Assembly (NCBI RefSeq): GCF_006345805.1
Contig: NC_042998.1
Span: 119,102,001-119,166,000 of the forward strand
Direction: 5' to 3'
DNA: 64,000 nt
Source: Octopus sinensis
Taxonomy: Eukaryota
Shown here: positions 40,205 to 53,850 of the stretch, in pieces
Position numbering within the stretch: position 1 is the stretch's first letter
Layout of the letters: the number at the start of each line of letters is the position of its first letter
Position numbers and translations under genes: made by a program
The notes under the pieces: model-generated
What the model was told of the DNA's origin: nothing
What the model saw: the letters and a program-made list of their open reading frames with translations, nothing else
Databases searched by the model: none

Positions 40205-40342
40205 GATAGATAGATAGATTGATTGCTTGATTGATAGAAGAAGAGTTTAACCCGACGTAGATATATTTTAACCATTCAAAAGGAGACATTGTTGTAATGA
40301 ATTCCCGAATGATGTATGTGTTTATATATATATATATATATA

Positions 40343-40650
40343 CAGGGGTAGGAGTGGCTAGCAATTGTCTTCTACTATAGCATCGGCCCGACCAAAATCT
40401 TGTGAATAGATTTTGCAGACGGAGAGTGAAAGAAGCCTGTCGTATATATGTGTGTGTGTGTGTGTCAGTGTTTGTGCTTGACAACCGATGGTGGTGTGTC
40501 TACGTCCCCGTAACATAACGGTTCGGCAAAAGTGACCGATAGCATAAGTATTAGGCGTACAAAGAACAAGTCCTGCGGTCTATTTGTTCGAATAAAGGTG
40601 GTGCTCCAGCATGGCTGCAGTCAAATGACTGAAACAAATAAAAGAAAAGA
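40343..40650 (+). mobile_element. SINE family A with internal deletion
   Basis: aggagtggct head; tail ggtgctccagcatggctgcagtcaaatgactgaaac. Confidence 0.85.
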
Positions 40651-40673
40651 ACATATATGTATGCATGTATATA

Positions 40674-40726
<53 letters not shown>

Positions 40727-40959
40727 CAGCAATCAATTTATTCATTAAAATTGTACGCACGTATATTGGTTTATTCGTCCAACAATGTCTAATTAGGAAT
40801 GGTTAAAATAAACCTACAAAAGATGCAATTGTTTTAATCTAAGCACACGATCTCAGACTAAAGCATCCGCATAAGAGCAACTTAAAAGATATATGCTAAT
40901 TCATTCGTATGTATATTTGTATGTATGTATGCATGCATTATGTATGTACATATGTATAT

Positions 40960-40996
40960 TATATTTACAGATATATTATCTATATAACTTATTATA

Positions 40997-41028
<32 letters not shown>

Positions 41029-41045
41029 CGTATATATATATATAC

Positions 41046-41104
<59 letters not shown>

Positions 41105-41119
41105 CGTATATATATATAC

Positions 41120-41187
<68 letters not shown>

Positions 41188-41289
41188 CGTATATATATAT
41201 AGATATACACACATACATACATACATACATACATGCATACATACATACATACATACATACATACATACATACATACATACATACATACA

Positions 41290-41320
<31 letters not shown>
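40960..41320. repeat. Long (AT)n/(ATAC)n tract
   Basis: Direct reading. Confidence 0.95.
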
Positions 41321-41321
<1 letters not shown>

Positions 41322-42064
41322 AAACATGTACCCCGTCTATTCATCTAATCAATTTTCTTTCAAAACGATTCTTCATAATATAATTTTGCAACTTTGATAT
41401 ATTGTAAAATTATTTCTAGAAGAGATAGTCATGGGATTTGTGATTTTTTTTGTTTAATGTAACTTTGCAGATATAAACTTTAGGTCAGTCTATCAGACAG
41501 TACAGTAAATCTGTTTGAAGTTTTCATAGACTGATTTAAGTCTGTATGGATTGTACCATGTAGAAAACATCGACATTGAATGATATGAGTGTTTGCAAAA
41601 GAAATTGCCACCTAGCAACAATAATATTGACGTTTGTCGCATTGTATTGAGTAAATCTGTTGCTATTACTTATCATGCATTACTGGTAGTCATCATGCGA
41701 TTAATGAGCAAATCATTATCTATTATCTGTAGCTCTAAACTAATGATATTGTTGGAGCTATAGTTTATATACCAACCCACCTGTATCAAAGTATAACTGA
41801 ACTTGGATCTGTGGAGAAAGAACATAGTTCCTTAATTCATAAGCTATAAATGTATGTGCTATCTGGAACCTTCAAAATTTGTAAAATCTTACTATTCACG
41901 ATTGAACATTTACACAAGAGACGATGACAATTTCTTTTTCTTTAAAACGTGAGGAGGTGGCCGGTCAAAATTAAATTAAAAATTATAAGAGTGAACATAC
42001 ATACGTATACACATGCATACATACATACATACATACATACATACATAAATACATACATACATAC

Positions 42065-42450
42065 ATACATACATACAAACAGTGAGTAATACTGGTGGAA
42101 CACCCCAATATAAACATCAATTCGGTGCAAACATAACAGATCTGATATTCTTCTATGGGGCAGGGAACAAAAGTCATGCACTATTGTAGAGGTCGGCGGC
42201 CAAGCAGATGTGAATGTACAATTGGGAGTTAAGAAGAAAGAAAACATTTATGCCGAATCAATGTCTCTGACTATGAATTCCCATTTGTAACTATTATCAT
42301 AGGTGCATTTGGTTGTTTATCAACACATTTGCACAAGAACCTAGAAATACCTGGTTTCAAGGACAAAGGGCATAAGAAATTGGTGCGGATTCTCCAAATC
42401 CAATCTATAAGTGGCACAGTGAAGATGTGTAAGACATTACAAACACTATC
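42065..42450 (+). pseudogene. Restriction-like endonuclease (RLE) domain relic of an R4/Dong/NeSL-type LINE 3' end
   Basis: EYWWNTPI*TSIRCKHNRSDILLW..KSCTIVEVGGQADVN..KKKEK...VTIIIGAFG (HNRPD..E..D..K pattern). Confidence 0.65.
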
Positions 42451-42609
42451 CCTGTGAGATTCTTATGTGAATAGATGCACACACTTAGGTGTATATATCG
42501 ACAGTTCAAACAACACACTAACTCAACTACATGTTTACAAACACCATGAACTCTCTTAACTCAAGAGGTATTGATGTTTTATTAGTAACCAGCTTGAACT
42601 CAAAGAAAA

Positions 42610-42860
42610 AATCATACATACATACATACATAAATGCATGCATACATGCATACACACACACATACATAGATATATACATACATGTATACATACATACACA
42701 CATATATGCATACATACATACATGCATACATACATGCACACACGCATGCATACATGCATACATACATACATACATGCATACATACATACATACATACATA
42801 CATACATACATACATACATACATACATACATACATACATACATACTACATACATACATAT
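42610..42860. repeat. (ATAC)n-rich tract
   Basis: Direct reading. Confidence 0.95.
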
Positions 42861-44861
42861 ACGGATAAAAAGGGAAATATTGTTGAAAGAGCTTTAGAAA
42901 TGTTCTGTTATGTTCTAATGATTGCATTTCTATTGTTAACATCCAGCTCATATAGAATTTAATTCAGATTTGGGGCCCTACTGAGAAGTCTTTAGAACAA
43001 ACTTCACCGGAGAAATATAGCATTTAGTTTCACCTTTCTAAATCGTGAATTCTTATTTCTCGTTTGCTGCTTTTTATTTTCTCATTGTCAATAGGTTAAG
43101 TACCTGTAGCACAGTAAGATTCAACCAGACCACAATGCTAATGCAATTATATTGTTCTTATTACTCAGTAACGAACCACAATATAACTGCGGTTTGCAGT
43201 TATTGCCCTATCGTTTGAAAAGGACACGCGCGCCAATATAGTTCATGATATTGCAAATCTGTACGATCGTTCACTATGTTCTGTTCAGACAGGTCTGATA
43301 TGAGCTTAAACAACATGAATACCACTTTCTGTAACACTCTTGTGAAAACTCTGAGTTGCTATAAGTTGTTTCCTGATTAAATTTTCAAGAAGGATTGTGT
43401 ATTGTTTATCTAGGTTCCGAGTTTTAATTCTTTTATTTCAGAATTGAATTTGCGCTTAAAGTTATTTAATTTCACTAGACATGATTAAATCTTGCTTGAC
43501 ATTAATTCAGCATGACACAGTTGTACTTTTCTTGTTCATATCATACATTTAGTTGTGGCATGGTAGTTACAAAATCTCTATTTAAATGTACGCTAAAATG
43601 TGAAGCCCTTCTGTCATTCTGCCTGTGGTGTATTTTTTTGCCTTAATGGAAGCTCTGCTTGAATAGAGCTACTTTCTTAGCATCCCATCTTTCACTTCAG
43701 ATACAATATGTCTATAACTACATTCTCTAATGTTTTCTTTTCTTTTTTTACGATAGAAAAGTATGATTTCAAGGAGATTTGACTGCTATTTCTAACAAGT
43801 TGAGTGATAATACAAAGACTTTCTCATTGGCCCCTGTTATAGTGTTGAGGTTGGTTCGGAACCTGCAGCCTTAGCTGCTAGTCCACCATAGTACAGCTGT
43901 CAGTTTGCAACGCTTTACAACAAGTATGTGTCAAATGTTTATAAAAATAGTTGAGACTTCATAAAATATCACTATTTCATATGCAACATATATCTGATAC
44001 ACTTGCACAATGTTAGAAATCAATATCGTTCGATAGACCTCAATAGTCAGGAACACAATGTTCCCAAGTAACATTCAATGTGATATCTCTAAAATAAGTC
44101 TCAATGCAAAAATGCTAGTTGTACGGATATGTCAATTAGCTCTATTATATTCGTTTTGTATTAATCAAAAACAAAAATTTTATCCTATGTTGGGTCGAGG
44201 GTCTTCCACAAAATGTAAGTCCCTTTGAAGTAAAGCCCTTGTTTAAAACTGTTTCATATCATCTACTCACTTAATGATCTAGAGAAAATCGCAGTCATAC
44301 TTTCTCATCTAAATAAATCTAGGTCTTCTACCAAATCAGAAAAAAAAAACTATTTTTCCACTAAATTTCAATGTTTCCTTATTGATTTATTATATATTCT
44401 AGCATCGTTAAGAAGAAAACGTAATTATTATCGGACCGTCTGTGTACATGAAAACTTATGGAATTATTCGAGACTTTTCCTAATTATATTCAATATTGAT
44501 TATCTTCAATTGCGCATATATTTACTATTTTCTTTTCTTTCGTTTCTAATTTTATGTCGTTCAAAAGGAAAAAAATTCCCTCAACGTAAATTACAGTAGC
44601 TTGGAATTTAAATTGGAGTGTCTTCAAAAATTAAATATGGTTAGGTTCAGGGTACAAGTACCAAAGGAATTAAATAAATGAGGTTAATAAGGGAACGAAT
44701 TACCTATATTGGTTTCTCCCACGTATGTTTTAATATTAATGTTGGAAATATTAACCACATGAAAACCATATTTAACATTCTAATACTGCTACTCAACACT
44801 CCACAGCATCACTCTTTCATTTATTCACACATTTTCTCCGCCACAATCTGACACACAATCA

Positions 44862-44947
<86 letters not shown>

Positions 44948-44951
<4 letters not shown>

Positions 44952-45070
44952 AGGTATATTTGCCATCTCAATATGGCTAACCACTAAGGGTGGGTGTTAC
45001 TGTAGCTTGTAGCCCCAGGAGAGCATCGTCTCCAGCTGGCTATAGGCACACTTTCTGTGCCCTAACGGTA
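44948..45070. repeat. 123-bp direct repeat A (left copy)
   Basis: tgtgaggtatatttgcc...ccctaacggta; matches 50986-51108 with two substitutions seen; preceded by (AT)n. Confidence 0.95.
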
Positions 45071-45113
45071 TTTGCAAAGGGAGGTCATCCTCCCCTCGTC
45101 AACCTAAGTGATA

Positions 45114-45159
45114 CGCACGGACTGCAGTTTCTGGGTCTTGAACCCGTCATCAGCGTACG
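45114..45159 (-). ncRNA. Minimal type I hammerhead ribozyme, GUC cleavage site
   Basis: CGUACG-CUGAUGA-C-GGGU(UCAAG)ACCC-A-GAA-ACUGCAGU-C|CGUGCG: 6-bp stem I, intact core, palindromic stem III; C.A mismatch at the base of stem II. Confidence 0.8.
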
Positions 45160-45196
45160 ACAATCACCGGTTTTCGATTAATTCTTTATTATGATT

Positions 45197-45843
45197 GTGA
45201 GGGCGCGTGGCTTAGTGGTTAGGGCATTCGGCTCATGATCGTATGGTTGTGAGTTCGATTCCCGGCGACGCGTTGTGTCCTTGAGCAAGACACTTTATTT
45301 CACGTTGCTCCAGTCCACTCAGCTGGCAAAAATGAGTTGTACTTGTATTTCAAAGGGTCAGCCTTGTCACTCTGTGTCACGCTGATTATCCCCGAGAACT
45401 ACGTTAAGGGTACACGTGTCTGTGGAATGCTCAGCCATTTGCACGTTAATTTCACGAGCAAGCTGTTCCGTTGATCGTATCAGCTGGGACCCTCGTCGTC
45501 GTAACCGGCGGAGTCTTTTTGAGGGCGCGTGGCTTAGTGGTTAGGGCATTCGGCTCATGATCGTAAGGTTGTGAGTTCGATTCCCGGCGACGCGTTGTGT
45601 CCTTGAGCAAGACACTTTATTTCACGTTGCTCCAGTCCACTCAGCTGGCAAAAATGAGTTGTACTTGTATTTCAAAGGGTCAGCCTTGTCACTCTCTGTG
45701 TCACGCTGATTATCCCCGAGAACTACGTTAAGGGTACACGTGTCTGTGGAATGCTCAGCCATTTGCACGTTAATTTCACGAGCAAGCTGTTCCGCTGATC
45801 GTATCAGCTGGGACCCTCGTCGTCGTAACCGGCGGAGTCTTCA
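45197..45843 (+). mobile_element. Head-to-tail dimer of tRNA-derived SINE family C inserted in the Tx1 3' UTR
   Basis: Units start at 45199 and 45521 (gagggcgcgtggcttagtggtt A-box; gagttcgattccc B-box; gtgtccttgagcaagacac). A single TSD tattatgatt lies at 45187-45196 and 45844-45853. Confidence 0.92.
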
Positions 45844-46086
45844 TATTATGATTATAAAATCAGTACATAGAAGAACAATACAGGACATACATACAAAAAA
45901 CAGTTAAGTGGTTCGTTTAGAAATTTCCAAAATATATGGATTATTCATTATACAAAAAACTGTATTTAAATTGTCCTTCGCATTGACTAATATAACATTA
46001 CATTAGATTGAAATCTTACCGATATATTTTAAACCCCGGCAACCTATAAGGCCCCGCAGCTTTCCTTTCCTCTTCTCCATCCATAG

Positions 46087-49000
46087 TTAAACTGGGTTTC
46101 TGACACCCACCTTTTTCGCCACTTCCTTCCATCTTTTTTCATACACACCTCGTGGTAAGGTCTTCTTTTCCAGCCCCATTTTGCTCTTCAGATGATATCT
46201 GAAGTAAGTGAGCAAGCCGGGGCCTGAGACAAAGGATCCTATTGCGACTCCTTCCATTCTTGTACGCCACATGTATTCTTTTACTACTGCAACCGTGCAG
46301 TGAAAACATGCCTCACCTTCCTTCGAGAGTCCAGTTGGCGGTATCATCTTAATCATAGACTCAGCCGACAGCTGTACTCGTCTCAGATGCGATAACACGT
46401 GTTCTGCGTAACTTATCAAGTCTGACAACTGCCGACAGTGTACAAAAGCGTGCTGGACGGTTTCATCGTCCAACCCGCATCTTGGACATGTCGGTGGCAC
46501 TGAAATTCCGTGCCGCGATAACTTCTTGCGAACAGGTAAAGCATTCCTATAACACTGCCAGGCCAGGGATTTTTGGAAATTATCCAAATACCCCGTCCTG
46601 AAAGTCTTTTTAAACAGGTTGGTAAGCTGGTCTTTGTCGAACCCCAGAACCCCTCCAGCAAACGGAGCGCCTCACAAGTGGCATACCTCCCTTCCACAAA
46701 AAGCGGAAAAGGATTCGCTCCAACTTGCTAAGCCATGAATCGGGGCAAGGGACAACGGTCAGGCGGTAAGTGATTACAGATGCAATGAACATCTGTACCA
46801 CCTCCGCCCTTCCTTTCAAGGACAGTAACCTTCCGGACCAGGTCCGTACTATGGCCTCCACCTTGTCCGCCACCTCACTCCAATTCCTCTCCGTTTGGGA
46901 GTCTGGCCCAAACCAAACTCCTAGCAACTTAACAGGACCATCTGTCCAGTGTCCCACGGCACTGGACGATATCGACTTGCTCCTCCAGGTGCCGAGGCGT
47001 AAGCCAATCGACTTGTCCTTGTTAACTTTTGCTCTCGCCACCGCCTCGTATCCTCTGATAGCATCTTCTACACAAGGTAGCTGAGCCTCATTGGACACGA
47101 TGAGGGTGACGTCATCCGCATAAGCAGAAACCGTCCTCCCGCCTCCGATCTCATCCGGGTTACTTCCCAGCCTCTCCAATTTTCGCAGCAATGGCTCGAG
47201 AGCCAACACGTACAAAAGTGGTGACAAGGGGCACCCTTGACGAACTGAACATTCGATCGAAAACGGTTCCGTTATGTAACCGTTTATCTGGACGTTGGAC
47301 TTGATGCCGCTATACATAGCGGAGATCCACCCGCGAAATTCAGGGCCCAGTCCAGCCGCTTCGAGGACCGTCGCCAGGTACTTATGGTCTACCCTATCGA
47401 ACGCTTTACTTTGGTCTAAATGGACCATTACCCCGCTCTTGCCGGTTAATTTACCCACCCTATCTAAGGTGAAGATTGTCCTGGATCGACCTGCCTGGAA
47501 TTGCACATGTCTGTGCTTTCCCTACAAGTTTCTCCACGACAGTCGTCAACCTTTTTGCCAACACATTGGCCAAAATCTTTAACTCTACATTGAGTAGAGT
47601 TATGGGCCTGTAATTACTAATGTTATTCCCCTTGCTCGGGTCTTTCTGGATTAGCGTCACCACTCCCCGGCTTACAGAGCTGGGAATTCTCCCGTTCTGC
47701 TGCCAGTTCGCGTAGACGCCTGCCAGTATTCCCCCGAACAAGTCCGGCATACTTTGATAAAACTCGTAGGGCAGACCATCCAACCCCGGCGACTTCTCCC
47801 CGGCGCATCCGGCCAGTACCCCCTCTATCTCCGCGGGAATGGTCGCTCCTTCACAGCACTCCCCCTCACGCCCCGAGAGCCGCGGTCCGCTGGCTAGGAA
47901 GTCCTTTAAGGCATTCCCCCGCTCCAGCGACCCACCCACCCCGAACTTGCGGGCGAAATGCTGGTGAAGAAACTTTTGCATCTCCTCCTGTCCATAGATC
48001 TTGTGCCCTTGTTCGTCAGTTAAAGACTTGATTGAAGCTTTGTTACCTCTCTGACTCTCCACTCGACGGGCCCATCTGGCAACGTTAATACCTTCTCGTT
48101 TCCCTGCGCGTAGCTTAGCTCTAACTCTGCAACCTTCGTGTTTGGAGTTAAGGTGACGGTACAATACCGTCCTTGCCGCCATCACTCCGGATACAGAGCC
48201 AGATTCCATTGCCTCGTTTAGATTCTTAACTAAATCGTCCTCTATCCTAGACCTATCTAACCTTAGCTGATTACTAAATCTAATGGACTCTGAACGAATG
48301 GCTCTTTTGAGGGAGTGCCACCATCTATTGTTAATGATGGTGCCACATAATGCCCTCTGTACTAACACCTTAATCCGGATACGGAAGCCTTCACAATTCA
48401 AAATAGACTTGTTCAGCTTTCAGTACCCGGGTCCCTGTCTATGGCACTTATCTAATTGCACCCTACAAGTCACAAATTTGTGATCCGTGTAAGGCACAAT
48501 GTGAAACTGTGGACAACTAAACGTATCCTTATCTCTTTTTCTAACGAATATCCTATCTATATACGATCTGAGTGAGCCGTCGTTGTTACTCCACGTCCAC
48601 TGTGGAACGCTCGGCTCATCCAGTCGATAACGGTCTACTAGATTAAAGCTCTCTAGTAGACCCTTGAGGCTAGGGTTCCCCTTCCTATTGGTTGAGCCAA
48701 CACTGTCGACCCGCGCTTCGAGGACAGTGTTAAAGTCCCCTACTAAGACTACCGTTTTCGACGTCACTAAAAAGTGCTCCAGATTCCGAAAAAACCCGAC
48801 TGCCTACACTCATTCGGAGCGTAGACAGCTACCGACCTGAAGGACTGTTTACTTACGTGGGTCACATCCAGAACGACCAGCCTGCCTTCTGGGTCCAGAA
48901 AGACAGTACTTACCTGCAAGTCCAAGCTCTTCCTGATAAGGACTGCCAAGCCCCTTCCTCCTCCTCGGCTAGGAGAAATAAATTTCTCGAAACCATTTAG

Positions 49001-49147
49001 AAGAGGCGAGAACGCTTGGGCCCCGTTCATCTTGGACTCGGTTAGAATAGCTACGTCCACTCCGTGTGTCGTGAGGTCGTTCAGGAGACAATTTTTTTTC
49101 CATTTCGACCCCATTCCACGCACATTCACACAACCCAGCTTTGCCAT
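46087..49147 (-). pseudogene. Tx1 ORF2: APE endonuclease, RT and C-terminal zinc finger, frameshifted
   Basis: MAKLGCVNVRG; VAILTES; VYAPN; GDFN; SYIDRIFV; TDH; NYRPITLLN; LDQSKAFDRVDH; VRQGCPLSPLLY; YADDVT; CPRCGLDDETVQHAFVHC. An internal deletion after VRRSVC is probable (inference from length). Confidence 0.93.
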
Positions 49148-49175
49148 TGTCGGAGAGAGAAAAAAATAAATAAAC

Positions 49176-50612
49176 TTACGGTTGGGACAGGGAGCATGAC
49201 AGTTTAAATCTGCATGCTTCCCCTTCTTCCTCCCTTGTGGTCGTAGCTGCACGGCTCTTAACGGGCGTTGCCATCGCGCTCTGGGTAGGTGTGGTTCCCG
49301 GGGTTATAGTAAGTTTGCCCTCCAGTATTTCGTTAGTTACGTCTCTGATAAGGTTATTTTTTAAATGTTCTTGGAGTGGTTTTTCCTTCCACTCCTCTTC
49401 CTTTACTTTTGCAAAACGAGTGGTTGACTTAGTGTCTGTAGACTTACTGAATAATTTCAGTTTTGAAAATTTAAAATACTTAAACACTCTATCGTTCCTC
49501 TCGTCGAATGCTACAATCTTTTCATTTTTTTTTTTTTATCAATTTTTTCCAATCTTGTTTTATGGGGTGGGGCTTGGCGAACTGTGTTCCAATGAATACA
49601 GTGCCGTGGGGGTAGGGCTGGGGAATTTGTTTTGTATGTATCTCTGTGGTGTTTGCTGATTTTTTCTTTGTTTGGGGAGTCCAGGGTATTTTCTTTTTTT
49701 CTTTTGTGTTTCACCTGTGTAAATTCCATTTGTTCATTTTTATCTTCCGTTTCGATTCCCTTCCTTGTCGCAGTCTTGGGGTTTTTTTCCGCCTTTTCTT
49801 TTTCTGTGTTTGAAGCACTTTGAGGAGGGGCTTCGCTGTTTTTCTTTTTTTTTATGCAGTTCGAGCGGACGTGACCCTTTTCACCACATTTGAAACACCT
49901 AGGTCTGCGCCCCTCCACTGACACGCTCATTGAAATTCCCTCCTCAATAAATACCCTATCGGGTAAGTTTTCTAGCACATTAATTTCTGCTTGGACGAGG
50001 AATTCGAGCGCTTGTCCCTTCCAGTTTACCTCCTCTTTCCTTTTCATCTGCAGAATTGAGACTTTCTGCTCTACGTCGTGCAGAACCGCCGCTGCTACCC
50101 ACATTATATCATATCCTCTTGGTATGTCTTCCACATATAGTTTCGCAGTTCTTTTGCCCATATAGGTAGGTAGTAACATAATGTCCTCATTTTTTAAGGT
50201 CATTGATGAAATCTCTCTTGCCACGTCAGGCAAGTCGAAATGTGCTTCAACGGTAGCGCTGCGAGCACCTCGACCGAGGTAGCGAATTTTGCTCCACACC
50301 GGGGACAAGCACTTCTCTACTATTTCGTTCTTCACGTCCATTATTTTTTTTCTCTTTGTTACTGTAAACCTTGTACACGACTGTCTTGGCCTTTATTTCC
50401 TGTAATATCGCTTGCGGCGGTACCAGTTTTATTTTGTTGCCTTCCTTTTTGACCAAGTTCCGGTATTCGAACAACTGTTCTATTTTGAACTCCACTTCCG
50501 TTACGGTTCCGCCCACTGCGGCCGAAAAAGACTGTTTTCTAACCTCGATATCCTTCTGTTCGCCTTTTCCCATCACGGGAAAGTCGCTCCTCGACGCCAA
50601 GTCGAAATCCAT
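49176..50612 (-). pseudogene. Tx1 ORF1 with CCHC knuckle, broken at homopolymer runs
   Basis: ORF pieces 50247..50612, 49511..50341 (CFKCGEKGHVRSNC) and 49176..49487; breaks coincide with T-runs near 50345 and 49530. Confidence 0.88.
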
Positions 50613-50985
50613 TTCTCAAATTATGAGAACCAATTTTTCAAAAAAATTACCCCGAAGGTAATAACAATGTTTATACACAGAATTTTCAGCCCCGTAGGGC
50701 GAAAATTACTGTCACACAACGGACAACTGTTCAAATTCACGAGCAAACACAAACAACGACGAACAAAAAACGAACTCACTCAACAAAATAGGCAGCTAAC
50801 TTCTCAATACGCAGATGAAAGAGGGGTCCCTAGACGAGTGACAAAACACCGGTTTTCGATGAAAGGAGTTCCCAATGCAAATAATAATATCCTTTTTCCA
50901 GTAACTTTTCGTCACTGATCTCGAAAAAGTGTATACAAGCAATAATAAATCTATGAACGAGGTATAAACAGTAACTGCACGACAA

Positions 50986-51104
50986 TGTGAGGTATATTTG
51001 CCATTTCAATATGGCTAACCACTAAGGGTGGGTGTTACTGTAGCGTGTAGCCCCAGGAGAGCATCGTCTCCAGCTGGCTATAGGCACACTTTCTGTGCCC
51101 TAAC

Positions 51105-51108
<4 letters not shown>
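50986..51108. repeat. 123-bp direct repeat A (right copy)
   Basis: See 44948-45070; followed by (TA)n. Confidence 0.95.
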
Positions 51109-51182
<74 letters not shown>

Positions 51183-51183
51183 C

Positions 51184-51222
<39 letters not shown>

Positions 51223-52241
51223 CAGACATATGTATATATATTTCAACTTCTTACTTCCACTCTCTTATATACTCATGCTCACCCTTTAAAATAGAGGAGA
51301 AGAGTATGTGTTGTCAGACATATAAATTTTCTGTGCGCATGTGTATATAACTGCATTTATATGTATACATGTGTGTGATTGTTTCGTTGGTGTATTCTTT
51401 CACTCACTTCACTCATTGGGCTGCGACCATACTAGTTTCTGTTGAACATATCGACCCTTACACTTATTCAATATAGTATTCATTTCACAAGTCACAATTT
51501 ATCAAACTGGTGGGATATGCGACATTGACGCACGCAACAAGACTAGATTTTTAATTTTTGATTTTTTTTTCTGACTATATAAACCTTTTGGTGAACCGTA
51601 CTCACATGTTTCACGCAGCGGATATCAAAGAAATGAGTGAATCGAGAAAAAAGAAAGTGGCTTATTCAAGACACACGTTACCCAGCCCAGAAATCGAACG
51701 CACAATCTCATAATCGTAAACTCAACTGCTTAACCACTGAGCAACACACCTCCACATATTTATGTGTATATATAAGTACGTTTATATGTATGTATGTATA
51801 TGTATATCACTGGCGTTTCCTGCTACGTAAGTCAAAGCATACAATTTTAAAAATCAAAACCTTATTATTAAAGTATGGTACGTATAGCATGTGTGTGCCT
51901 CCCTCTCAGACTGTCTCTCACAAAATGAAAAGATTTATATTAAATTTAAAGTTGTTATTTGCTTAATATTTATATCTTAGGTATGTATTGCTTGCCTTGG
52001 ATTGGTGCATGAACATCATGTATGTATGTATATATGTATGTATGTATGTGTGTGTGTGTGTTGACGTGAGTGTGTACACATACACAGAGAAGAAGAGAAG
52101 ATTAACTATAGATATAGTTATATAGTTATACACTCACACACACACACACACACATATTATATATATATACATACATATATATATTACATACATACATACA
52201 TATATATATATGTATATATATAAATATATATATATGTATAT

Positions 52242-52286
<45 letters not shown>

Positions 52287-52396
52287 TGTGTATATTACAA
52301 TAATATATTAAAATATGTATTAATGTAATGCGCGTATTCATATGCATATAGGGTGTGTGAATGAATATATATAGATATATAGATATATATATAGAT

Positions 52397-52442
<46 letters not shown>

Positions 52443-52506
52443 ATATGTATGTGTGTGTGTATATATATATATAATATATATATATATATTATGTATGGTG
52501 TGTGTG

Positions 52507-52546
<40 letters not shown>

Positions 52547-53185
52547 CGAGAGAAAGGCAGAGGGGTAGAGAGAGGGTCAGTGAGAGAAAGAGAAAATATG
52601 AAAAAGCAGGAATAAGAAAATTTCGAGAATCGTCTGAACTAATTTTTTTTCTTTATTTTCGTCTTAACATACGTTACCATTGTCCTCCCATCCACCCAAT
52701 AAGAACACTCTCACGTGCACACATATGCACATACACATACACATTCACAGAGACACCCTTTCCCATGCACAAATACACACACACACGCGCGCACACACGC
52801 ACATCTGTACACACAAATATACATAAAGACCACGCATACACGTATCAAACGTATACATATTTTTACATACATGTCTGTGTATTTACAAACATACATGTAT
52901 ATACATAGAAATGCACAAACACAAACGCAGATGCGTGGGTACGTATGCATATATGGAAATACATGCACATATAAATACGTACATATATATAGATACTTAT
53001 ATACCTACTTACATGCATACATAAATACATACATAGCCAAATAGTCGTTATTTGTACATGACTCTCCATCTTCCTCACTACATCCAATCTTCTATCTCTC
53101 CGAATTTATCTTCTTGCTTTTATGCTTTCTTCTTCAACTTCATCTTCAGCAACTCGTCCCCACTCTGTCCTCTCTTATTCGTCCT

Positions 53186-53242
<57 letters not shown>

Positions 53243-53794
53243 GTTCACTTCTGTTTCTCTTTTTATTTCGATCCTTTTACATTTCCTTCCCCTACATTTC
53301 CTTTCACAAAATAAATAAATTTATTTTCTGATTTTCTTTTAATTTTTATTTTATTAATTTATATTATTTGTATTTCTATTCTTTTTATTTATCTGAATAT
53401 TTTAGTCTAGAAATTAAATTATTTTTATTCATTTATTCATAAAATTTTACGCTGTTTTATTATGAAGTTTTGGAGCAAAATATGTTTGTTGTTATCGTTG
53501 TTGTTTGAAAATATTTCACAAAATGAAGAAAAAAATTATAGCATTTATTTTATGTGTGAGCGCATGCGCAAGTGTGTGTATTGGTGTTTGAGTGTGTGTG
53601 TGTGTGTGTGTGGTTGTTCGTATGCCTGTTTGTGTTTGTGTATATGTGTGTTCGTATGCCTGTTTGTGTTTGTGTATGTGTGCATATTGATTATTCAGAA
53701 AATCAACCCTAATAAATAAAGAAAAATGAATATATATATCTTTAAACATTGGTGTCGACAGTGAGAAATAGCGAAAATTCTACCAAGCAGGCGG

Positions 53795-53850
53795 AGGAAG
53801 AAGAAGAAGAAGAAGAAGAAGAAGAAGAAGAAGAAGAAGAAGAAGAAGAA
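53795..53850. repeat. (GAA)n microsatellite
   Basis: Direct reading. Confidence 0.95.

Larger units (their letters stand above)
45179..50846 (-). mobile_element. Near-full-length L1/Tx1-clade non-LTR retrotransposon with 14-bp TSD
   Basis: ORF1 (CCHC) plus ORF2 (APE-RT-zf). caccggttttcgat at 45165-45178 and 50847-50860; AATAAA near the 3' end. Confidence 0.88.

Noticed and set aside
44948-51108. LTR retrotransposon interpretation (A repeats as LTRs of the RT-coding interior)
   Set aside because: The interior is an APE-type non-LTR element with its own TSD; there is no integrase, protease or PBS, and the repeats do not end in CA.
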